In this document: positions 41,272 through 52,342 of the stretch, one piece after another | How positions within the stretch are numbered: position 1 is the first letter of the stretch | How the letters are laid out: each line of letters opens with the position of its first letter | Assembly (NCBI GenBank): GCA_000004985.1 | Contig: GG738890.1 | From: Naegleria gruberi | Lineage: Eukaryota | DNA: 64,000 nucleotides | Strand: one strand, 5' to 3' | The notes under the pieces: generated by a model | What the model was told of the DNA's origin: nothing | What the model saw: the letters and a program-made list of their open reading frames with translations, nothing else | Database searches by the model: none | Made by a program: the position numbers and the translations under genes

Positions 41272-42555
41272 TTAATCAAATAGTTCAACGAAAAATTGAT
41301 CTACATCACTAGGTTGGTGGTTGGCAGCAAATGATAACTGAGAAGGATTAATTGGTTGTGGTTGGTGTTGTTGTGGAATTGATTGTTGTGATTGTTGAGG
41401 TGGAATTTGATGTTGAGGAATTGAAGATTGGGCAATAAGGACTTGAGGAATTTGTGAAGGAACATTCAATTGTACCATTTGCATTCCATGATCATTTGGT
41501 TGAGAATTTACAACACCTCCATTTAATGCTGTAAAGTAAGCATAGAGATCTTGTTGTTGCTGTTGAATCATTTGATATTGTTGAAGCATTGTTTGTAAAT
41601 GATTCGATTGTTGTGCAGAGTAATTATAATTTGAGCTTTCTCCATAATCACTTGATTCAAAATATTTTCTAAAGAGGAATTCTCTTTCATGTGGATAACA
41701 AAGTTCAATAAAATTACAAAGCAATTTCTTTCTGTCTGGATCTGCCATGTTTTGGAAAGTTTCTGTAATATTCTTAATCTTTTCTTCAGTATTAACTGGA
41801 TGTTGAGAACTACTTGATGCAGCACTACTACTACCAGATGTACTTGGAGCAGTTCCTAATAATGAAGGATCAACAAATCCACCATTATTCTTATATAAAC
41901 TTTCTAATAATTCATCAATGGCTTGAGTGGCTGCTTGATTTTGATGTGGAGCCACTTCAATAGTGGATCCATTATTAGATCTTGCAATATGATGATAATT
42001 TGGAATTGCATCTTCATTTAGAGGTTCTTTCATCCTCTTATGATTTGTTGGAGATGGTTCACCTTCCATTTCATCCTCACCAGAATCATCTTCATCAACT
42101 CCTCTCTTTCTCTTTGATTTAATACCAGGTTTTACAATTGGTTTCTTGGCTCTAATAGTAAAACTTGGAGAAATTAAACAACAACACAAAACTGCATTAC
42201 TATTAGCAGATGTTAAATCTAAAGGTTGTTGCTGTTGGAATGGATGATATGGTGTTGAATTATTTAAAGTATAAAGATAGACAACCATACGGAATTTCTT
42301 TCCTTCTTGTTTGTAACTGCAAATATTATACATGAAAGGACCTATTGTAACAGTACTCTTACTTGTAGATTGATAATTGAAAAAGCTTTCATTATTAGTA
42401 ATGACTGGTTCATCATTTTTCTTATCGTCTTCATCTTCTTCATCTTGCTTTTTCTTCTTCTTCTTTTTACCATCTTTTGATTTTTGTGACAATACTTTTT
42501 GTCCATCTTCATAGTTTAAATCAATGTGAGCCATCACATTTTCTTCCCGAATCAT
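41272..42555 (-). CDS. Gln-rich nuclear protein (427 aa) with bipartite basic cluster
   Basis: It contains 'KPIVKPGIKSKRKRG' and a long polyQ/P-rich C-terminus. The N-terminus 'MIREENVMAHIDLNYEDGQKV' is not start-like. See the adjacent upstream ORF. Confidence 0.45.
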   Translation of the reverse strand: MIREENVMAHIDLNYEDGQKVLSQKSKDGKKKKKKKQDEEDEDDKKNDEPVITNNESFFNYQSTSKSTVTIGPFMYNICSYKQEGKKFRMVVYLYTLNNSTPYHPFQQQQPLDLTSANSNAVLCCCLISPSFTIRAKKPIVKPGIKSKRKRGVDEDDSGEDEMEGEPSPTNHKRMKEPLNEDAIPNYHHIARSNNGSTIEVAPHQNQAATQAIDELLESLYKNNGGFVDPSLLGTAPSTSGSSSAASSSSQHPVNTEEKIKNITETFQNMADPDRKKLLCNFIELCYPHEREFLFRKYFESSDYGESSNYNYSAQQSNHLQTMLQQYQMIQQQQQDLYAYFTALNGGVVNSQPNDHGMQMVQLNVPSQIPQVLIAQSSIPQHQIPPQQSQQSIPQQHQPQPINPSQLSFAANHQPSDVDQFFVELFD

Positions 42556-43577
42556 ATTTCCAACTTCTTTCTCTTCTTACAATATTTAAATTGTGGTACT
42601 TTAAGTTTCCACTTTTGTCTTTTATCTTCATTGAACCATTGTGCAATCCAACCATCATCATCATCCATATATTCAACAATTGGTTGATCAGCTGTAGCAA
42701 CACCACTTGCTTTAACTGCAACTGGTTTTTCAACTTGTGGGCTTGAAGTAACAGCAGATGATGAAGCAGTACGAGGAATGTGACCATGTGATTGATAATG
42801 ATCATCTTGGAGATTACTACTACTTGTCGAATGTTTTGTTGTGTTCGTTGCTGCTGTAGTTGGATAATGACTCATTGAATGATGGTGATGATTAGAACTT
42901 GAATTTAAAACTGTTGTTGGAATGGAAAAACTTGGAATTGTTTCACCCATAGATTGAAGAACCATTGCTTGTTGTTTTTCAGATGATCCATTCATACTAA
43001 TTGATCCATTATTATTAGAATTGGTTGATAATTGTGGATAGGCTGATGAACTTAGGGATGGGAGAGAAAAATTAGGTGTTGAAAGTGATGGATAATTCTG
43101 GGAATTTGCCTGCTGTTGTGGATTCATATTGAATAAAGAAGGAAGAGGTCCTTGTTGATTCATATTTTGTTGTTGTTGCGAATTTATAAATAGTGTAGGA
43201 TCAGAGGCAGCTACTGAAGTACGTGCTTGTTGATAACTCATTTGATTATTATATACAATTTGTTGTTGTTGTTGATGTTGTTGTTGGGTAGGTGTTGAAA
43301 AAGTAGGACTTGATTGGAATAATGTCGATTGCAATGTAGAAGGACTGGTTATATTAAAGAATGATGATTCCAATGGCAGTGAAGTTGCCGAAGCCAATTG
43401 ATGTTGTTGTTGATGACCAAAGGCAGCTAAACCAAGCAATGAATTTGTAACACCACTATTGTTGCTACTGATTGATATCGTTGAAGTAGCACCACCAAAA
43501 TTTGTACTATTCGTTGTAGTTACCGAAGTAGGAGTTAGAGGAGATGTTTGTTGTCTTTCTTTCAATATCTTCTTCAT
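42552..43577 (-). CDS. Gln/Ser/Thr-rich low-complexity protein (341 aa); possibly the 5' part of the 41272..42555 gene
   Basis: The ORF ends 'DDDDGWIAQWFNEDKRQKWKLKVPQFKYCKKRKKLEI*'. Its stop overlaps the ATG of the downstream ORF in the sequence ATATGA. Confidence 0.4.
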   Translation of the reverse strand: MKKILKERQQTSPLTPTSVTTTNSTNFGGATSTISISSNNSGVTNSLLGLAAFGHQQQHQLASATSLPLESSFFNITSPSTLQSTLFQSSPTFSTPTQQQHQQQQQIVYNNQMSYQQARTSVAASDPTLFINSQQQQNMNQQGPLPSLFNMNPQQQANSQNYPSLSTPNFSLPSLSSSAYPQLSTNSNNNGSISMNGSSEKQQAMVLQSMGETIPSFSIPTTVLNSSSNHHHHSMSHYPTTAATNTTKHSTSSSNLQDDHYQSHGHIPRTASSSAVTSSPQVEKPVAVKASGVATADQPIVEYMDDDDGWIAQWFNEDKRQKWKLKVPQFKYCKKRKKLEI

Positions 43578-44486
43578 TGATGAAACGTCTTGATCCGGTG
43601 TGTGACCTCGTTAATTACTGCTGTGTTGTGGTGGATTATTGCAAGGGAATACCGTTGAAAATTAACAATCTTCTAAATGAAACTAAAAATAGTCTGTTAG
43701 AAGGAAAAGGACAATTTGCGCGCGCAATGAGAAGGAAGGGTTTTTCTTTTGAGCGAACTAAATTATTATCAAACTTTTTGTCAACCAAGAGAGAAAGGAT
43801 GCAATATTTGAGTTGTTGTTGTTATTGAAGCTCTAGATTGTCCAAACAATTATTATTACTGTAACAACAAGCTTGGAGTGAAGAGAGAACTTCAATTGTG
43901 TGATGATAATATATTACTTGTCGGTAGATATCACAAAGTATTTTGATGGTGGAAAATGCAAAGATAATGATGAGTAAAATCTTGCAATTACTTGATGATA
44001 TTAATAAATACTAGTATGTTGATAGTCCTTCGGAAGAGATGTCCAAGTTGGGTGGATATTTTGGACAAGTCCTATTATCGTAATTGATGTGCAGTAGATA
44101 TTGAGCCTTGCGGAATGCAAATTAATATCTATTGTGAAATATTTAGACTATTCCAAAGGAAAATCAAAGAAGATGGAGATTTAAAAAAGCAATACGTGGT
44201 AAAACAATAAATTGTCAGTACTTTCTCGGACGCAAAGTTTTCCGATATTGTTTGGCAGCAATTTTTTTCTTCTAAAATGCTTCCACTTTATTTACAACAG
44301 TTTTCAAAATGAACACATCAAGATGTTATTTGTACTTTCAGCTAACAGAAATGTGTTAAGGTTGTGTGTGGATTCAACTGCACACATTGTGCAGTAACGA
44401 GGAAACAATGTAGAGGTAGGCAATGTTGCTCTTCTTCTTTCCATAATTATTGTTGTTACTTGAACGATTCCAAATATTAGAAAAAA

Positions 44487-45866
44487 TTATTTTCTTTTGT
44501 TTGTTGAGGTCTTTACAGAATTTCTTCTCATTGATGTGGTGCTTGAGGACCTTTGAGTTATGGTTGTTGTACTCTTGGAGGATTTTCTAGGTGATTGCTT
44601 CTTCTTTTCGTCGTGTGAAATTTGAGGTGATGAATTATCTTTGATAGTAAGAGGTTTTGGAGGGGAAATCAAAGGAACATCAGGAAGTGGTACATGTCTT
44701 GTCTTGATTTCTCTGTATTTAGCACCCTTTTCAGGGAGGAATGATAGAATTTCTTCTTGTATCTCTTTAATACCATTCATTTTCTTGGACGAGACAACAA
44801 TCATTTCTTCACACGTATGATTAAATGGTCTTACCCTAATTTGATTAATCAAATATTCATACTGCTTGGCTATTTCATCATCGTATAACAAATCACATTT
44901 GGTGAGAATGATTTGATTCTTGATTTTGTTTCTGAATGTTTGAAAAATAATTATGAATATCATGTTGAAGGTCATATAAACTTACTGATTGAGAAATGTG
45001 AGGAATGAATAATCAGTTTCTTTAAATCCATGTCTTGCATCAATAAGAATGAAAACTCTTCTGAGCTTGGATGCTGTAAGTAAAAAGTTTCTAATTTGTT
45101 CTTGCCATTCTAGTCTCTTTTCTTCTTCAGCAAATGCAAAACCATATCCTGGTAAATCGACAATATTGATGGCATCCGATAATTGATAGCAATTGAGACT
45201 TTGAGTTTCACCTGGTTTGCTACTAACTGCAGCTTTGCCTCCTTTACCCGTTTTAGTGACTAGTGCATTAATTAAACTACTCTTTCCAACATTGGATCTT
45301 CCAGCAAAGACAATTTTTGGAAGTGATTGATTCATATTTTCCAATTGAACTCTTTTCAAAAATTTAGAGGAAAACAATTTTGGATAATTTTCATTAAGCT
45401 CAATTGTTTTTTCCTTTTCACCATGTTTTCTTTTACCAACAGATGCTTTATCCACTTTAATAATAACTGAAGATCTTGGTTCAATTTTCTTTCTTGATTC
45501 TGGAACAACATTTTGAATAAGTTTAGTACTCAAAAGGTTTTTCTGTTCTGCTATTTTCTTTTCAGAATTTTTAGTTTGGGCTAATTCTTTCCATTTATGC
45601 ACTCTTTGAACATCTTGAAGTTTTTTCTCTGTTTTTGATAATTTAGTTATTGTAGAATCGGAGTGATTAATTGTTGTTGGTTTTGATGGCTTTTTGAAAT
45701 TTAAAATCGAACATGTTGAAAAACTTGTTGAATTATTTTCCATAATTTTCATCATTGTCCATATTGATTGGTTTGTGCTCTGTTGTTGAATGATTTTTCG
45801 GAAAGTTGATGATGGTTGTTGCATCAAACAATTTCCAAGCTTTATGGTGTTTATCATGGTCTTCAT
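44487..45866 (-). CDS. EngB/YihA-type ribosome-biogenesis GTPase (GTPBP8-like), 2 exons
   Basis: Exon 1 is 44986..45866, with the first ATG at 45864-45866. Exon 2 is 44487..44931. The 54-nt phase-2 intron runs gtaagt...aacattcag. Motifs: G1 'FAGRSNVGKSSLIN', G3 'DLPGYG', G4 'ILTKCDLL'. The C-terminal tail is basic. Confidence 0.8.
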
Positions 45867-45934
45867 TTTTTTCAATCAATTATAATAAAATTGGTTTTGC
45901 AATTTAAAGTTTTATTACAAATTTGGGAAATAAA

Positions 45935-47711
45935 TTAATTGAGGTGGTTGTTACCATCATAGAGAACTTTTAACATGTAAGCTTGTGATAAGAGAAGTTC
46001 CATCTCATTAAAAGTCCAGGTACGAGTTGGTAAATGTTGAAGGAACATGACCATTTCTGCAAAGTCCATCTTTTGAAGTCTTTCACTCCACGTCTTGAGG
46101 AATGCTGCACAAACATAAGTGTGGAAATTTTCAAATTCATCACCTTCTGCAATATAAGCATCAAACAATTTTACAACAAGTTTAAGTGATAATTCTCTCA
46201 TTAATAAACAATTCATCCATCTGAATGAGAATTGAATAAATTCTAATCCGTTCGATTGTAAATGATTAAATAGAGATTCATCAATCTTTTGAATAATTTC
46301 TTCGAGTTTGTTAACCATTCTTTGAATACCTGGTTGAGCAAATGTATAGTGATCTTGAATGAAATCAATGAATTGTGTAAAACACCAAAAACTATCACAT
46401 TCCATATGTTCCATAATTTCATTTGAAATTGTATCAGGATCACAAGTTAAAATATCACATTCTATTCATGATTATCATCATATAACAAAATACATTACAA
46501 ATAAATAAAAATTATTCAAAATAAGTTATTAACTATTAAAACTACTTACTCATAAAATCATATAAAAATACACTCATAAATGGTGTCACAAGATCATTTA
46601 AACCTTGTACATATCCACTGGCTGGATGTCTAATACTCCATATATATAAAATTCTTTCCAAGGCTTGCTGTATTCTTGGATTTTGATAAAGTTGAAGATC
46701 TGGATTTGTTCTAATTACATCAATATGAATTTGTTTTTGAAGAGCAGTTTCTTGTTCTGTTTTTTGTAAATGTTCTTCATTATAATACTTGGACACGTAA
46801 TCAAGGTATTCCTTTCTTTTTCTATTTATAATTTGTTCGGTTCTTTCTCTATTCAATGGCATGTAACCAAGAAGAATTTTCCATACAACTGCTCTCACAG
46901 ATGAAGGTATTCCTCTCCAACTTAATTTCCGTAAATTTTCAATATCGATATCATCGTTAGAGTTTAATATTTGTCTGAATTTTTCTAATTTTGATTCAGA
47001 AACACCTTCATCATCACTCAGATAATTACTAATATTTCCAGAGTTTCTAATTACAAATGTATTTCCTGCTGATGAAGAATTTGAACCATTATCACTTCCG
47101 ATAGACATTCTTGGGCCTTCTTCAAAAGGATCATAAACTTTAGATTTTTCAGAGAGTGAATCATCTTCTGATGTTGTTATATTCGAATTTTGAGGGAAAA
47201 CACCAACAATTTGTTCGGAAATGGCTTCTATTGGGAAAGAAGCTCCTCTAACTTTTGATATTGTTCCTGGTTTTGGTGTTGTTCCCTTCTTCTTTTGCTT
47301 CTTTTGAAGTTGTTTTTGTTTTTGTTGGTAATAGTCGGGAGTATTTGTACTCCCAACAACATTACTAGTATTTGGTGTTGTTATTGTACTATTACTACTA
47401 CCTATATTATTAACAGAATTTGAATAATATTGTCCAGTTGTACTTGTACTATTATTATTACCTCCACCAGAAGGAGTTAAAGTAGAAGGAGATGTAACTG
47501 TTGATGACGAAGAGGTTGGTGTTGGTGGAGTTGATGATTTAAAGTATTTGGAAATTTTAGAGAGAAAACCATCACTACTTGGTGATGATCCAATCCCTTG
47601 ATTGGAAAATGTTCTAGTATGCCCTTGAGGATTAGAACCTGTGTTTGTTGTTGGATCAATGCTCACGTCATCCGAAGGGGATAATACAGATGAATGAGCC
47701 TGTAAAGACAT
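45935..47711 (-). CDS. TBC-domain Rab GTPase-activating protein (TBC1D22-like), 2 exons
   Basis: Exon 1 is 46550..47711. Exon 2 is 45935..46461. The 88-nt phase-1 intron runs gtaagt...tgaatag. The Arg-finger motif is 'IHIDVIRTNP'. The Gln-finger motif is 'GYVQGLNDLVTPF'. The C-terminal block 'DSFWCFTQFIDFIQDHYTFAQPGIQRMVNKLEE...FRWMNCLLMREL' matches human TBC1D22A closely. The N-terminus is low complexity. Confidence 0.85.
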
Positions 47712-47952
47712 TTTTTAATAATATTAGTGGGTAAGTAGTTGAGATGATTAATAAACGGTTACTTTTCATAAAAGTTCTTCGAAAGTACTTCATAATATTA
47801 AAGAGTTATATTATTGTTTCTATTAAATGTATCATTAAGGTTTAATGGAATGTTAATGTTTAATGATTTTCTTGTTTGGAAAATGGTAGATTATGCAAAG
47901 ATTTTCATCTATTTCAATGATAGAATGAATACAAAAATAATGTTATCGACTA

Positions 47953-48025
47953 GCCCCGCTAGCTCAGTCGGTAGAGCGTTGGACTTTTAATCCAACGGTC
48001 GTGGGTTCGAGCCCCACGTGGGGCG
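47953..48025 (+). tRNA. tRNA-Lys (anticodon UUU)
   Basis: 73-nt cloverleaf 'GCCCCGCTAGCTCAGTCGGTAGAGCGTTGGACTTTTAATCCAACGGTCGTGGGTTCGAGCCCCACGTGGGGCG'. The anticodon loop is CTTTTAA. Confidence 0.8.
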
Positions 48026-48161
48026 GCTTCGTTTTTGTAATGCTTCATAATCTATTTTGCAAAATTGAAATATTCAAAATCAAATAAATTAATCAAATAT
48101 TATTTTTCTCAATAAAGAAGGAAAATCAATAATGACAAAATTTAGTAGAGTTGATTTCAGA

Positions 48162-49334
48162 TTAGTTTTGATTTGGTTCGTATGGATCTCCCGAAAATGT
48201 ACTATGTCTCCTTTGAAGATTGTTGTTTGCAATCATTCCAGTATTGTTTGCTGCATTTAGTAAATTTGTACTTGAAGAAGGTAATATATGGTGGTAATAT
48301 TTCATTCTATAGTGACGTATTTCATTATTGTGAGATAATTGTTTTTTAGTATTGCCTGATCTTTCTAGCTCTACAATTTTTCTTTCATACTCTTCTATCA
48401 GTGCATTTTCTTTACAAATGGGAGAAACTTTTTCAATAATTTCAGTCCACCTTTTCATTTCATTTTCAGATCTACAAAAGAATTTATATACAACTGTGGG
48501 AGAAACAAGTTCAAAACAATAATAGAAATATACTTCCATAGGATCAACCTTTTCACATAACATTAGAAAGTTTGAATAGGTTAAAAAACTTACTCTCACT
48601 GCAATATTACTCAAAGAAATTTGCATACTCGGTTTCATGGTCTCTGACAAAATTGGAAGTGAATTTTTCATAAAGGAACTTGGAGAAGGAGATGACTGTA
48701 CAGTAGAAGATGATTTTGAGGTATTGGAGGATGAGGAAATGGAAGTAGAGGGAATATTCTTTAAATTGGAATTATTTGGAGTAATATTAACAAGGGAAGA
48801 AGGATTGGTTGTTGTTGAAGATACAGTACTACTACGAGATGATGGATCCTTTTCAGATAACGATGGAGCTACTGTTGATGTAGAAGTAGGATTTTCCTCT
48901 ATTATATTTTGTAAATATTCTGGAGGTGGTTTCTCGAATAGATTTAAAAAGTGTTGTACTTGTGGAGCTGATGAAGATGTTAAAGTTCCTGTATAATATG
49001 CAAACATTGATCCCAAAGTACTCAGTGATATTGTGGATTTTCCTGATGTATTAGAAACCTGAGCATACAATTCACAATAGTATTCTTTACAAGAAACATT
49101 CGGTATTGCTGTTGTTGTTGATGCTTTTTTAGAGTTTGATGATACAGAATTCGGAATATATAATAATCCAGCATAGAGTATGGTACTCGTCGCTGGTGTT
49201 GTTGTTGTAGTATTATTATTGTTATTATTATTGGTGGTGGCAGTATTAGATAATAATGGATTGATATTGTTCATTGAATTATTAATTCCACCATTAGTAC
49301 TAAAACCACCATTCAAAGATTGTCTATTGCTCAT
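48162..49334 (-). CDS. Hypothetical protein with low-complexity N-terminal two-thirds and a PH-like C-terminal region
   Basis: 390 aa. The C-terminal 'VYFYYCFELVSPTVVYKFFCRSENEMKRWTEIIEKV' resembles the C-terminal strand/helix (W) of a PH domain. The assignment is weak. Confidence 0.4.
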   Translation of the reverse strand: MSNRQSLNGGFSTNGGINNSMNNINPLLSNTATTNNNNNNNTTTTTPATSTILYAGLLYIPNSVSSNSKKASTTTAIPNVSCKEYYCELYAQVSNTSGKSTISLSTLGSMFAYYTGTLTSSSAPQVQHFLNLFEKPPPEYLQNIIEENPTSTSTVAPSLSEKDPSSRSSTVSSTTTNPSSLVNITPNNSNLKNIPSTSISSSSNTSKSSSTVQSSPSPSSFMKNSLPILSETMKPSMQISLSNIAVRVSFLTYSNFLMLCEKVDPMEVYFYYCFELVSPTVVYKFFCRSENEMKRWTEIIEKVSPICKENALIEEYERKIVELERSGNTKKQLSHNNEIRHYRMKYYHHILPSSSTNLLNAANNTGMIANNNLQRRHSTFSGDPYEPNQN

Positions 49335-49871
49335 AATTCAAGATGATGAAATCGTAGACACATTAATATTCTCTCTTAAAACAACATAAAGGTAAAAACA
49401 CCTCACAATAATACACGACTCCAATAGGAAAATATTCTCTTACACACACGATCTAACTGGGTGAGTAAATAAAGATACAATTTTTTTACTTTTCTTCCGT
49501 TGGCCAAAGAAGTTTGCATCTTCATTGGAGGGAAATTTGAAAAGGCTTCTTCTTGATGAAAGTGCTGATTGGTTTCTGTGGCCATAGAAAATTATTCAGT
49601 GGAGAAGAATTGTTCGGACATGTTGAGCAAATAGGAGTTGGATTTTAATTCTTCAAGGACAATAAATATCTTCATTAACAAGACTAATAAAATATCAAAA
49701 GGTTCTATGATTAAAGAATAATATTCTTCATTTTGTATGACCATCGATTATTAACTCTGAATCAATAATATGAGATTTGTATTATTCATGATTTGGTGAT
49801 GATATTTAATGGTTTCATGATGAAGGCTTGCTTAACTACCGTTACAAAAATAAAAAATTAATTTAAAAAAA

Positions 49872-51740
49872 ATGATATCATCAGGTGCAACTGTTGGTTC
49901 AACCTCTTCCTCGCAAGTTGTTGCACCATCGGGTGAAAGCGATCCAACAAAATCTGTCTTGGAGGAGTGTGAGAGACATTTTTCAGAGAATGATGCCATT
50001 ACAAATCCTTATATATTTGACTATTTAAAACAATATATTAAAAATGGCGGAAAACCATCTACTATTGTTCAAATGTTGAGCAGTAGCTACAAGGGTTATC
50101 CCCAAATGACATCATTATTGTGTGATTGGATGTCTATGGCAAATATTGATAATGAGACAATTAACAAAATACTTATGGATTACTTGAAGAACTTGATCAT
50201 TGAAAATTTCGATTCAAAGAAGGCTGATGCCATTTTTACAGCTTCTCAAGATCCACCAAAGTGGCTTGAATATATGATCAATGATGTAGAATGGAGAAAT
50301 CTTATTTATCAATTATCTGAAAAACATCCTAATTGTCTCATGTTAAACTTTGCCATTCAAAGAATTAGTGAATCTGGTTATCATAACGAGATTGCTTCAG
50401 TAACAACAGCAACAACATCTTTAAAGGTATTCCATAGAATTCTAACAGATTCTATCGAAAAATTAATCCGAGAGAGTGAAGAATCTATTAGTTCTAGCCC
50501 ACAATTTTCTGATTTCAGAAAGATTTGTTGTCACTCTCAATATACATACATCTATGCTCAATGCATTATTAGATCACTAATGACTAGTGTCCCAAGTTAT
50601 AGAAGTCAATTAAGCTTACTCTCAGATGAACTCGAACAAAATGCACTTAAAGATGGTAAAGCATCTGAATACCTTATTAGAAAAATTCGTTATTTATTCC
50701 TAGAATACGAGCATCGTTACAAAATTGAACAATCTGACTATACTCAAACAGCAGCTATTTCAGATACAACCACTATAATACTTTCTATGCTTAATAGCAA
50801 TACCACAAATCCAGCTGATATCCTTAAATTGTACAAATACTATTCAAGTGCCAATCCTCCTCCTGTAGAAATGTTACAAAGTTGTGAATTTTTGGACTTG
50901 TTGATTCAGGATTTGTTTAATCCTTCAAAGAAAGTTAATCAAGCTCACAGATCAAAATATATTTTCGTATTGGCCTATGCATCAACTGCAACTAATGATG
51001 GAAATAATACTGTAAATGTAAACCCAGTTGTGAATGCTTTAGAAAAAGCTGTAGCAATTTGCTCCAACAATACACTTCCTAAGAGTGTTGCAGTATTTAG
51101 ACCATATTTGGCATATAATATTGTTTGTGTAGGAGTATTGTATTGGATTGGTATTGTTTTTACAGACTCACAATTCTCCATTACAATGTTCACACTTAAC
51201 AATACTAAATTATACATGGCTTTACTGAAAGAAATTGCCTTTAGACACGAATCACTTTCATCACTGGTATTAGCAATTGTAAAGAAGTGCTTCTTTGCTA
51301 ATCAAGGTGATTTAGATCCACTTCAAGCTATGGAAATCAAGAAAGTTTTTCTTGATGTTTTTATTTATTTAATGCAACTAGGATATGTTTTACCAACTCT
51401 TGAAACAATTCAAGGACTAGTATTAGAGAAAATGGATATGTCTTTGATTAGACATATCATTAACTCTATTCTAGATATGATTGAAAGCCCTTTCTCTCTA
51501 GAGTTTATTACTAAATTTGTAGAAATACTATGTACAGATCATGCCAGAGATGCTATCTCATCTAAGATTTCACCTAATTTCACAGTCTTTTTAAAGCATA
51601 TTGTTGAAGAAGGTTCTGAATTATACAAATTATCCAGTGATACAATATCTTTCTTTAGAAATATTTATTCTTCACAAATTTCTGTAAAATCTGAAGGTGA
51701 TAAAAAGAAGAGATCTTCTGCTTATGAAGCTGACGAATAA
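49872..51740 (+). CDS. Negative elongation factor C/D (NELF-C/D, TH1-like)
   Basis: 622 aa and collinear with human NELFCD. Conserved blocks: 'LKQYIKNGGKPSTIVQMLSSSYKGYPQMTSLLCDWM', 'KADAIFTASQDPPKWLEYMINDVEWRNLIYQLSEKHPNCLMLNFAIQRISESGYHNEIASVTTA', 'NPADILKLYKYYSSANPPPVEMLQSCEFLDLLIQDLFNP' and 'YIFVLAYAS'. Confidence 0.85.
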   Translation: MISSGATVGSTSSSQVVAPSGESDPTKSVLEECERHFSENDAITNPYIFDYLKQYIKNGGKPSTIVQMLSSSYKGYPQMTSLLCDWMSMANIDNETINKILMDYLKNLIIENFDSKKADAIFTASQDPPKWLEYMINDVEWRNLIYQLSEKHPNCLMLNFAIQRISESGYHNEIASVTTATTSLKVFHRILTDSIEKLIRESEESISSSPQFSDFRKICCHSQYTYIYAQCIIRSLMTSVPSYRSQLSLLSDELEQNALKDGKASEYLIRKIRYLFLEYEHRYKIEQSDYTQTAAISDTTTIILSMLNSNTTNPADILKLYKYYSSANPPPVEMLQSCEFLDLLIQDLFNPSKKVNQAHRSKYIFVLAYASTATNDGNNTVNVNPVVNALEKAVAICSNNTLPKSVAVFRPYLAYNIVCVGVLYWIGIVFTDSQFSITMFTLNNTKLYMALLKEIAFRHESLSSLVLAIVKKCFFANQGDLDPLQAMEIKKVFLDVFIYLMQLGYVLPTLETIQGLVLEKMDMSLIRHIINSILDMIESPFSLEFITKFVEILCTDHARDAISSKISPNFTVFLKHIVEEGSELYKLSSDTISFFRNIYSSQISVKSEGDKKKRSSAYEADE

Positions 51741-52342
51741 ACAACACACATTATTTTCAAAACTAAACTGGTTGACCAAATGCTTTACAAATATTCATCA
51801 ACAATATGTCCCAACCTCATGGCAACGATTTTGTTTTTACAATCGTCATTGAATTGTGGCTTTTCATTTGTGTGAAACAGTTCCCAACCCATAAATGTAA
51901 GGAGAAATTGTCTCAACTCTTTTCACACTCGTCACATTTAATGTGCTTTTAATCGTTAATTGATTTTAGAACCTTTCAAAGGTTGGTACTTGTCATTGTA
52001 ATGTCAAATTTAATATTATAATTATCCATGAGTAACTATTTATCCAACAGTTTGTCCTTCCAAAGAACTTGTTTTATGTTATCTTCAACAACTTATTCTT
52101 TCCTATACCAACAATAAAATTTATAAGAAACTATTAGCCAGTACAATTTTCACATAGTTTCAAAATCATTGTTTATACATTGCTGATAGCTGAATGTTTA
52201 CTGTTGTAATTTTCTGATTTGTCGTACTATTTCTTTAAATAGGTTGCCCTTTCTCTTTGACATTATAACTGAAATCACTCAATACAAGTGACGTGGTCAT
52301 CGCTTTTATTCAATTAGAAATCAACACATAAAAAAAATTGTC

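Noticed and set aside
42470-42560. A hypothetical 74-nt intron (gtaaga...ctatgaag) joining the two Gln-rich ORFs would create the peptide ...FKYYGQKVL, resembling the WRKYGQK core of WRKY domains
   Set aside because: The candidate intron is purine-rich rather than AT-rich. No C-x4-5-C...H-x-H zinc finger follows. The resemblance is coincidental.
43544-44397. Short + ORFs 43544..43828 and 44212..44397
   Set aside because: They lie in the promoter/5' region of the Gln-rich gene and in intergenic DNA, with no start context or motifs. I judged them spurious.
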